Assembly: GCA_964471475.1 (NCBI GenBank)
Contig: CAYYFQ010000009.1
Location: 1,337-65,336 of the forward strand
Source: an uncultured Gammaproteobacteria bacterium
GTDB taxonomy: Bacteria; Pseudomonadota; Gammaproteobacteria; CAISUE01
Length of the DNA: 64,000 bases
Direction: 5' to 3'
This document shows, one piece after another, positions 57,575 to 64,000 of this stretch. Made by a program: the position numbers and the translations under genes. Every line of letters begins with the position of its first letter. Within the stretch, counting starts at the first letter, position 1. The notes below the pieces were generated by a model, which was not told the origin of the DNA, did not search any database, and saw only the letters and a list, made by a program, of their open reading frames with translations.

Positions 57575-58501
57575 TTAATCTTGATGGTTTTGATGTCCGT
57601 AAAAACGTGCTTCCCCAGGCGGTCTGGTTTTGAATCGCTTGTATTGCCATAAATATTGCTCGGGGTGTTTGCGAATCGCATTTTCAATCATACGATTTAC
57701 TTGTGAAGCATCTTGAGCTAAATCTTCGCTTGGAAAATCTCCTAGCGTATCTTCAATAAAAAAATCATAGCCTGATAAATCGGCACGCCGATAAAAAAAT
57801 AAGCCTAAAGCTTTGCTAGCGTTGTGTGCAATGAGGCGTGAAGATGTAGTAATCGTTGCCGCAGGAATATTAAAAAATGGAACAAATACGCTGTTTTGGC
57901 GCCCAGCATCGACGTCGGGAGTGTACCAAACGCTTTCTCCATTTTTTAATGCGCGAATAAGTTCGCGTAAATTATCACGTGCAATAAGTTTGTGCATAAA
58001 TTGTGCGCGATAAAAATAGGTAAATGCATCCAGTAATTTTAATTTTTGTGGACGATATACTGCGGTGATAGGGATTTTTTTTTTTATCAGTCGTCCAATT
58101 AATTCAAAACTTCCTAAATGAGCGCTGATAAACAGTACTCCCATTTTTTCGTTATGGTAATGCTGCCATTTTTCAAGCCCATAAATAGTAATAGGGGGAA
58201 GTTGCTCGTCCTTAGCAAACCATGCCATGGCTGTTTCAAAAAGACTCATTCCTAGAGACTGAAAGCTTTCTTGTACCAGTTGGGCTTGTTGAGCCGGGCT
58301 TAAGCCAGGGAAGCAAAGTCGGATGTTGACTTCAGTTGTATGGCGGGCTTGACTGGCAAATTGGCGGATTAATTCGCCCACAAACTTTCCACATTGCATT
58401 TGTGTTTTGTAAGGGAGATAAGCAATTAAACGCAAAATTACAAACAAAGGAAAAATAGGCCAATACTTAGGATGCCAAAATTGTTGCCAAGGTGATTTCA
58501 T
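57575..58501 (-). CDS. lipid A biosynthesis late acyltransferase (LpxL/LpxM family)
   Basis: 308 aa from ATG 58501 (MKSPWQQFWHPKYW, as in the LpxL N-terminus). The track ORF starts at an upstream TTG. Contains the HLGSFE acyltransferase H-box. Confidence 0.85.
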   Translation of the reverse strand: MKSPWQQFWHPKYWPIFPLFVILRLIAYLPYKTQMQCGKFVGELIRQFASQARHTTEVNIRLCFPGLSPAQQAQLVQESFQSLGMSLFETAMAWFAKDEQLPPITIYGLEKWQHYHNEKMGVLFISAHLGSFELIGRLIKKKIPITAVYRPQKLKLLDAFTYFYRAQFMHKLIARDNLRELIRALKNGESVWYTPDVDAGRQNSVFVPFFNIPAATITTSSRLIAHNASKALGLFFYRRADLSGYDFFIEDTLGDFPSEDLAQDASQVNRMIENAIRKHPEQYLWQYKRFKTRPPGEARFYGHQNHQD

Positions 58502-58818
58502 AGCTCCGGTTCTATATTCATTATAAAATTTCAGTACTACTCCTAATAAGGAGTACAATGGACCTTAATAGAGCTTATCAATATATGATTACTGATGTCA
58601 AAATTACAACACAAGTAAATTATAGTGGTAATTCCTTATGACTACTAAATTAGAGACTTCAGTTGACGCGCTCCCGGTAACCCAAGATATTTGGGCATCA
58701 ATGACTTTTGCTGGCTTTAGTTACTAGTGAATTCTCAATACACCCTCATTGAGATTGCTTCATTATTTTATATTTCTGCCATAATAAACCAGATAACAAA
58801 CCAGTTTAAAGGTAAATT

Positions 58819-59064
58819 ATGTATACAGAAATTGGCGCTTTTGATGCAAAAGCGCGTTTGTCGGAAATTTTGCGAGCGGTTAAAGAGGGGCATTCTTACA
58901 CCATTACCATTAGAGGAAAACCGATCGCCAATTTAATCCCTACTCAATCTGCGTCTCAGCAAAAATATCAAGATACCGTTGAATCGCTCCGTTCTTTCAA
59001 AAAAATTAAAGGAGTGTCGAAAAAAACATTAATGGATATGATCACAGAAGGAAGAAAAGGATGA
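58819..59064 (+). CDS. type II antitoxin, Phd/YefM-fold (VapB partner of PIN toxin)
   Basis: 81 aa. ..AKARLSEILRAVKEGHSYTITIRGKPIANLIP. 4-nt overlap with the downstream PIN gene. Confidence 0.85.
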   Translation: MYTEIGAFDAKARLSEILRAVKEGHSYTITIRGKPIANLIPTQSASQQKYQDTVESLRSFKKIKGVSKKTLMDMITEGRKG

Positions 59065-59489
59065 AGTTAGTATTAGATGCCTCAATGGTTTTATCTTGGG
59101 TTTTTGAGCGCTATACTTTAGCTGAACGGGAATTAGCGGATCGTGTTCTGGCGACATTTTTTCATTTTCAAGAAGTGATTGTACCTTTCTTATGGCATAC
59201 TGAAATTATTAACGCTTTTTTGATTGGCGAGCGACGCAAACTAATTACTGAAGCTAAAAGCATGGAGTATTTAAATAAGCTACATCAGTTACCTATTTTG
59301 ACTGATAAGACGCAATCTTTTTTGCGACGTGAAATCATTTTTTCTTTAGCGCGTGAGTATTGTTTAACCGCCTATGATGCTGTTTATCTGGATTTGGCAT
59401 TGCTCAATGGTGCTACATTAGCTACATTTGATACTAAACTTGCAAAAGCATTTGCCAATGCTGGTGGCAAAGTGTTTTGCAGCGAGTAA
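59061..59489 (+). CDS. vapC: type II toxin, PIN-domain ribonuclease VapC
   Basis: 142 aa. LVLDASMVLSW.. N-terminal Asp, and conserved acidic residues (E..., YDAVYLDLA). Confidence 0.85.
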   Translation: MKLVLDASMVLSWVFERYTLAERELADRVLATFFHFQEVIVPFLWHTEIINAFLIGERRKLITEAKSMEYLNKLHQLPILTDKTQSFLRREIIFSLAREYCLTAYDAVYLDLALLNGATLATFDTKLAKAFANAGGKVFCSE

Positions 59490-59495
59490 GTGATT

Positions 59496-59521
59496 AGGGG
59501 TGTCCCTAAAGTATTTTTTGG
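59496..59521 (+). repeat. half copy of the 35-bp hairpin element seen at 61471-61503
   Basis: aggggtgtccctaaagtattttttgg versus agggcgtgtccctaaagtatcttttgg. Confidence 0.55.
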
Positions 59522-59582
59522 CTGCAAAAGAAGCGAAATCGGTCAATTTTAACGATCCCCCCCTCGTTAAATATCCCCCTAC

Positions 59583-60497
59583 CTACTTTCTGCTCACCAA
59601 ATAGGCGCCTCCCAGCGCAATGAAGCCACCTAAAATTGCCATGGGTTTTGGCATCTCGTTTAAAAATAACCATCCCATTCCCATAGTCACTAAAGGGACC
59701 GCATAGAGTAAGCTACAGGTTTGAGTCACGCTAATTTTTGACAACAAATAAGTCCATAGAAAGTAAGCTAAGCACCCTGGAAAAATGCCTAAATAAATTG
59801 CATTGATGGTGGCCAAGGTGGGCGTATGCGTGAGGTCGGCAGAGAGCTCAGGGAAAAAGGGTAATAACATTGCTGTTCCTCCCCAAATGGCGTAGCAAAG
59901 AAATTGTAGCGGATTAACTTTATTGAGCAAAGGTTTTTGAAGGACGGAATAAGTGCTCATGGATATAATTGAAATAATCATGAGTAAAAATCCCCCCGCT
60001 AAGGTGACATGATGTTTTGAATAAACCAGTGGTTGATATTTGGCATTTAAGGCGATCAGTGTTACTCCTGAGATGCTAATTAATATTCCCCAGAGGGTAG
60101 TATATGTAAAACGCTCTCCTAAGAAAATGACGGCTAGTATGGTAGTGACGACGGGGCCTTGAGCAATTACAAAGCTTGATAAAGCTGCGGAGACGACGGT
60201 TTCACCATAATTTAAGGTAATATTATAAAGTCCAATTCCAAGTAGGCCACAAAAAGCGGCGATCCCTATTTGTTTGAGCGAAAAATGGCCTCGATTGGGG
60301 ATAAAAAAGTAAATAATTGCCATGCAACCGCTTGCTGCAAGATACCGTAATAAAGCCAAACTTCCAGGATGATAATACCCCACACAATAACGAATGGAGA
60401 CAAAAGCGGAAGACCAAAATAAAATAGTGGCAAGCGCAATGCTGAAGTATAAAATCTTTTTTGATTTTTCGGTTGTTGAAGGAGTAGCCTTACGCAT
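59583..60497 (-). CDS. DMT superfamily (EamA-like) transporter
   Basis: 304 aa, 10 TM, two EamA-type repeats. Confidence 0.85.
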   Translation of the reverse strand: MRKATPSTTEKSKKILYFSIALATILFWSSAFVSIRYCVGYYHPGSLALLRYLAASGCMAIIYFFIPNRGHFSLKQIGIAAFCGLLGIGLYNITLNYGETVVSAALSSFVIAQGPVVTTILAVIFLGERFTYTTLWGILISISGVTLIALNAKYQPLVYSKHHVTLAGGFLLMIISIISMSTYSVLQKPLLNKVNPLQFLCYAIWGGTAMLLPFFPELSADLTHTPTLATINAIYLGIFPGCLAYFLWTYLLSKISVTQTCSLLYAVPLVTMGMGWLFLNEMPKPMAILGGFIALGGAYLVSRK

Positions 60498-60765
60498 GCG
60501 AGTGGTTTACCTTTATGAGAGGGGAAGTTGTTATTTTTTGTGCGCATTATATACTTATTTTACTCTCAGATGCGAGCTCTAAAGTCTAGTTCTGTTAAAT
60601 AGTGGTGATAGGCAATAGTCGCAACTATTCTATTCTTAAACACTATATAAGTAATCAGATAAAAAAAATAATAGGACCCTAGGAGCTGAGGAATTTACGC
60701 ACCCACTTCCCAGTGAACTAAGCCACTAACGTAGCTAACATCGCTATCAATATATTATGATATAG

Positions 60766-60788
60766 TAACGTACATATTAACGTACATA
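60766..60788 (+). promoter_or_regulatory. tandem TAACGTACATA repeats (12-bp period, GTAC cores): candidate YefM-YoeB operator
   Basis: taacgtacata-t-taacgtacata lies 14 nt upstream of the yefM ATG and overlaps or follows a TATAGT -10-like hexamer at 60761-60766. Confidence 0.45.
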
Positions 60789-60801
60789 AAAAGGAAACGT
60801 C

Positions 60802-61050
60802 ATGACTCTTACAACCGCAACCCATGCTCGCAGGGAATTTTTTGACATAATCAAAGCCGCCGCTAATAAGCACGAAATATTTCATATTCAACATCGAGAA
60901 GGTAATGTTGTACTGATGTCTGAAGAAGAATATGACAGCCTAATGGAAACCTTACACTTATTGTCTTCTGCGGAATTTAAAAAAAGCATGCAACGCTCAT
61001 TAAAACAAATGCATAAAGGAGAAACTTATTCTCTTGATGAAGTCTTGTAA
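60802..61050 (+). CDS. yefM: type II antitoxin, Phd/YefM family
   Basis: 82 aa. ...AR.EF..II......E.F.I....G..VLMSEEEYDSLMETLHLLSS is diagnostic of YefM. Confidence 0.9.
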   Translation: MTLTTATHARREFFDIIKAAANKHEIFHIQHREGNVVLMSEEEYDSLMETLHLLSSAEFKKSMQRSLKQMHKGETYSLDEVL

Positions 61051-61052
61051 CC

Positions 61053-61307
61053 ATGCATTATGAAATTCGCTTCACTAAAGAAGCAACAAAAGACATAAAA
61101 AAGTTGAATGAAAAACAACGTAAAAAATTAAAAGAAATTTTACTACATCAAATAACCGTTGATCCATTTTGTGGAAAAAAACTTATCGGCGGTCTCAATG
61201 GTTGCTATTCAGTTCGTTTAAATATTCACGATAGAATTGTATATAGTATCGATGCATCCGCAAAAGTAGTCACTATTCATAAAACAAAAACTCATTACGG
61301 TAGTTAA
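61053..61307 (+). CDS. type II toxin, RelE/YoeB (Txe) superfamily mRNA interferase
   Basis: 84 aa. F.KEA.KDIKKL......K....I..., C-terminal ..HKTKTHYG. Lies 2 nt after yefM. Confidence 0.85.
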   Translation: MHYEIRFTKEATKDIKKLNEKQRKKLKEILLHQITVDPFCGKKLIGGLNGCYSVRLNIHDRIVYSIDASAKVVTIHKTKTHYGS

Positions 61308-61317
61308 AATTACTTTT

Positions 61318-61612
61318 TCGCCACAAATGTCCTGCGAGCTCGTGGATTTTAAAATCCACTGGCGCTCTTAAGTGAGATACTTGATGAAGACGCTTATCAA
61401 TCAAACTCTCAATTCCATCTGCCTCATAACGCGCAAGATAACGTCGAAACGTTCTATCGCTTACACCTAGGGCGTGTCCCTAAAGTATCTTTTGGGACAC
61501 GCCCTAATATCTTCGCCGCTTCTTCCTGCGTTAAACGGCTTTCTTGCCAATCCTCATACACTTCTGTAAATCTCATCTTCCGGACCTCTCGTTGTAGCTC
61601 CGTCGGCTTCAT
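61318..61612 (-). pseudogene. N-terminal HTH fragment of an IS transposase (ISNCY/IS481-like), frameshifted by a 37-nt insertion and truncated
   Basis: My own translation: MKPTELQREVRKMRFTEVYEDWQESRLTQEEAAKILG | insertion | GVSDRTFRRYLARYEADGIESLIDKRLHQVSHLRAPVD.... There is no catalytic domain downstream. Confidence 0.65.
61471..61503. mobile_element. 35-bp hairpin element (gggcgtgtccc-13 nt-gggacacgccc; coordinates +/-1) inserted with TA duplication into the transposase fragment
   Basis: Removing the element plus one TA restores in-frame ...AAKILGVSDRTF.... Confidence 0.7.
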
Positions 61613-61651
61613 AGATCACCTTTTCATCATAAAAAAGGAATACTATAAAAA

Positions 61652-61698
61652 CCGGACAGATTATCTGCTACATATCCGGACAGTTTATTTGTTACCTA
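61652..61698. repeat. two tandem 23-bp subterminal repeats (ccggacagWttatYtgYtacMta), probable IS end next to the transposase start
   Basis: 19 of 23 identical, 24-bp period, 40 bp upstream of the transposase ATG. Confidence 0.45.
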
Positions 61699-61775
61699 CA
61701 TCAGATTGCTGGGTAGTTGACGAAGGACAATTTATCGTTGTACCCTAAAAAAGAACAATTGATAGAAATAGGCTC

Positions 61776-62627
61776 ATGAAATTATTAGATTTTGAAGTTG
61801 GTTTAACTAAACCTTTTTTTTTAATTGCAGGTCCTTGTGTGGTAGAAAGCGAAGAATTAGCGCTACAGTCCGCAGAGGAACTAAAAGCGATGACCAGCGC
61901 GTTAAAAATCCCTTTTATTTATAAATCGTCTTTTGATAAAGCGAATCGCTCTTCGATTGATAGTTTTCGTGGGTTAGGCTTTGAAAAAGCGTTAAAAATT
62001 TTAGAAAAGGTGAAACAACAAGTTAAGGTACCTGTCTTAACCGATGTACATGAAGACACGCCGCTGGCAGAAGTTGCCACTGTGGTGGATGTTTTGCAAA
62101 CTCCAGCCTTTTTATGTCGTCAAACTAATTTTATTTTAAATGTGATGAAACAAGATTTACCCGTCAATATCAAAAAAGGTCAGTTTTTAGCGCCGCTGGA
62201 TATGTTGAACGTCGTTGAAAAAGCACGTCGTTCAGGCAATCATCAAATTATGGTTTGCGAGCGCGGCGTGAGTTTTGGTTATAACAATTTGGTAGTGGAT
62301 ATGCGGTCTTTGGCAATCATGCGCCAAACAGGAGCGCCTGTTGTATTTGATGCCACCCATTCTGTTCAGCTGCCTGGTGGTTTAGGGAATGCAAGTGGAG
62401 GTCAGCGAGAATTTATTCCGGTTTTAGCTCGCGCAGCAGTGGCCGCAGGTGTGGCAGGCTTATTCATGGAAACGCATCCTAATCCAGATAAAGCTTTGAG
62501 CGATGGCCCCAATGCATGGCCTTTAGGGCAAATGAAGGCTTTACTGACTCAATTAAAAGAGATTGATGAGCTTGTTAAAAAGCAAGCTTTTCTTGAAAAC
62601 AACGTTACGTCGGGTGGCGTCGCTTAA
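61776..62627 (+). CDS. kdsA: 3-deoxy-8-phosphooctulonate (KDO-8-P) synthase
   Basis: 283 aa. [25 protein letters not shown] and [11 protein letters not shown] motifs. Confidence 0.95.
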   Translation: MKLLDFEVGLTKPFFLIAGPCVVESEELALQSAEELKAMTSALKIPFIYKSSFDKANRSSIDSFRGLGFEKALKILEKVKQQVKVPVLTDVHEDTPLAEVATVVDVLQTPAFLCRQTNFILNVMKQDLPVNIKKGQFLAPLDMLNVVEKARRSGNHQIMVCERGVSFGYNNLVVDMRSLAIMRQTGAPVVFDATHSVQLPGGLGNASGGQREFIPVLARAAVAAGVAGLFMETHPNPDKALSDGPNAWPLGQMKALLTQLKEIDELVKKQAFLENNVTSGGVA

Positions 62628-64000
62628 TGACGGATGAACAGATTTTGCAGGTATTGCCTGTTGTTGCCTTGGTTGGGCGTCCCAATGTAGGTAAATCTAC
62701 TATATTTAATAGCCTCACCAAAACTCGAGATGCTTTAGTAGCTGATCAACCTGGTTTAACACGCGATCGTCAATATGGGGAATGCCACGGAATTACGCGT
62801 CCGTTTCTGTTAGTGGATACTGGTGGCGTATTGCCTACTAAAGAGAAGGAAGCGCTTACGAAATTAATGGCGCAGCAAAGTTGGCAGGCAGTAGAAGAGG
62901 CACAATTGGTATTGTTTGTGGTCGATGCTCGTTGCGGCCTTACCTCTGAAGATATCGATCTTGCTAAAAAAATTCGTAAAATGGGCAAGCGAGTTTTTTT
63001 AATTGTGAACAAAGTTGATGGTGTAAAGCATCTAGCGAGTATCATTGCTGAATTCCATCGGTTAGGATTTGCAGAGATTTTAGAAACTGCTGCATCACAT
63101 AACCAGGGGATAGGTGGATTAGAGATGGCCATTGAGGAAGCGCTCTTGACTCTTTCTCCTCAAGAAAATTTTGCCAAAATTGATACTGGGATTAAATTTG
63201 CTATCGTGGGGCGTCCTAATGTCGGTAAATCTACATTGGTAAATCGTATGTTGGGGGAAGAGCGAGTCGTTGTTTTTGATATGCCAGGAACTACTCGTGA
63301 CAGTGTATTTATTCCTTTTACACGTCGAGATAAGCAATATACAGTGATTGATACTGCAGGGGTGCGGCGGCGTAGTAAGATTGATGACACCATTGAAAAA
63401 TTTTCAGTGATTAAAACACTGCAAGCGATTAAGGCAGCAAATGTTGTGGTAATGATGTTTGATGCGCAAGAAGGTATTACAGATCAAGATTTACATTTAT
63501 TGGGTTTGATTTTGGAAGCAGGGCGCCCACTCATTTTAGTGGTGAATAAATGGGATGGTTTATCAGAATATCAGCGTTCGCGTATCAAAGATCAATTAGA
63601 TTTTAAATTGACTTTCGTAGCGTATGCTAAAATTTTGATGATTTCAGCTTTGCATGGGACAAGCGTCGGCGATATTTTTCAGTGGATTGATAAAATTTAT
63701 AAAGCCTCACATAAAAAGGTGACTACTTCAAAGATGACTGAGCTGCTACAGCAGGCCGTAGCAAAGCATCAACCACCTTTGGTGAAAGGGCGTCGTGTAA
63801 AATTACGTTATGCCCACATTGGTGGTCATGAGCCTCCAGTGATTGTGATTCATGGTACGCAAGCGGAAAGTTTACCTGTGTCGTATCAACGATATTTGGC
63901 GGAATTTTTTAGAAACGCTTTAGGCTTGATTGGTACACCAGTTCGGTTAGAATTAAAAAGCCCAAAAAATCCTTATAATCCATATGATGATCATGATAGG
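62627..64000 (+). CDS. der: ribosome-associated GTPase Der (EngA); 3-prime end outside window (not in ORF track)
   Basis: ATG overlaps the kdsA stop (TAATG). Two G domains with GRPNVGKST at both (about 62.67 and 63.21 kb), DTGG/DTAG, NKVD/NKWD. Frame is open to position 64000. Confidence 0.93.
   Translation, partial: MTDEQILQVLPVVALVGRPNVGKSTIFNSLTKTRDALVADQPGLTRDRQYGECHGITRPFLLVDTGGVLPTKEKEALTKLMAQQSWQAVEEAQLVLFVVDARCGLTSEDIDLAKKIRKMGKRVFLIVNKVDGVKHLASIIAEFHRLGFAEILETAASHNQGIGGLEMAIEEALLTLSPQENFAKIDTGIKFAIVGRPNVGKSTLVNRMLGEERVVVFDMPGTTRDSVFIPFTRRDKQYTVIDTAGVRRRSKIDDTIEKFSVIKTLQAIKAANVVVMMFDAQEGITDQDLHLLGLILEAGRPLILVVNKWDGLSEYQRSRIKDQLDFKLTFVAYAKILMISALHGTSVGDIFQWIDKIYKASHKKVTTSKMTELLQQAVAKHQPPLVKGRRVKLRYAHIGGHEPPVIVIHGTQAESLPVSYQRYLAEFFRNALGLIGTPVRLELKSPKNPYNPYDDHDR

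Noticed and set aside
60223-60582. ORFs 60223..60417(-), 60266..60547(-), 60394..60582(+)
   Set aside because: They are alternative frames or antisense to the N-terminus of the DMT transporter gene.
62770-63393. Minus-strand ORFs 62770..63132, 63119..63337, 63160..63393
   Set aside because: They are antisense to der (EngA), whose two GTPase domains are unmistakable on the plus strand. der is missing from the track only because it has no stop in the window.
1-64000. Search for rRNA, tRNA, tmRNA, RNase P RNA, CRISPR arrays and riboswitches
   Set aside because: I found no cloverleaf-compatible segments, no regularly spaced short direct repeats and no recognisable riboswitch cores by eye. Small structured RNAs cannot be excluded without covariance-model scans (tRNAscan-SE, Infernal/Rfam).

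Overview
64-kb chromosomal segment of a visibly AT-rich gammaproteobacterium. From gene content, PmrA-like promoter boxes and TPR/orphan effector-like genes I guess it is Legionellales/Coxiellaceae-like; this is inference only.

Layout:
- 0-5 kb: amino-acid permease (partial), hfq, pckA, ridA, and a secreted Asn/Gly-rich repeat protein split by one in-frame TGA.
- 5.1-22.0 kb: the str-S10-spc-alpha ribosomal-protein superoperon, rpsL to rplQ, including an unlisted rpmJ. It has no tuf after fusA and no rpmD.
- 22.2-27.5 kb: alaS, rnhB, metG.
- 27.6-35.6 kb, minus strand: a 773-aa TPR protein, rnr, glmM, icd and a secreted orphan.
- 35.8-38.5 kb: a 4-gene envelope operon (SDR-DoxX fusion, DUF2269, small beta-barrel OMP, lipoprotein).
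- 38.8-41.9 kb: cydABX, with a possible cydP-like upstream ORF and an FNR-type promoter.
- 42.2-44.2 kb: a 666-aa orphan.
- 44.7-53.4 kb: potABCD, a CDF transporter, an APC permease, a TolA/TonB-like gene, hemA.
- 53.7-57.4 kb: an 807-aa orphan and a 245-aa orphan, arranged divergently.
- 57.6-64 kb: lpxL-like gene, vapBC, a DMT transporter, yefM/yoeB-relE, an IS transposase remnant, kdsA, der (partial).

No rRNA, tRNA or CRISPR array was seen.

The most interesting signal is not a gene cluster but a population of palindromic, MITE-like elements.
- Family A is 144 bp with a 3-bp ATT duplication, so each insertion adds 147 nt, exactly 49 codons.
  - One copy sits in frame inside the essential alaS gene.
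  - A second copy sits in frame after codon 2 of the TolA-like gene.
  - A third copy is intergenic.
  - A fragment lies next to the rnr stop codon.
- Family B is a 194-bp element. It occurs as two identical copies with different 7-8-bp target duplications, each 90-99 bp upstream of a large orphan gene.
- Further palindromic elements lie at 22.0, 38.55, 53.4 and 56.5 kb.
- A 35-bp hairpin element is inserted, with a TA duplication, into the transposase remnant.
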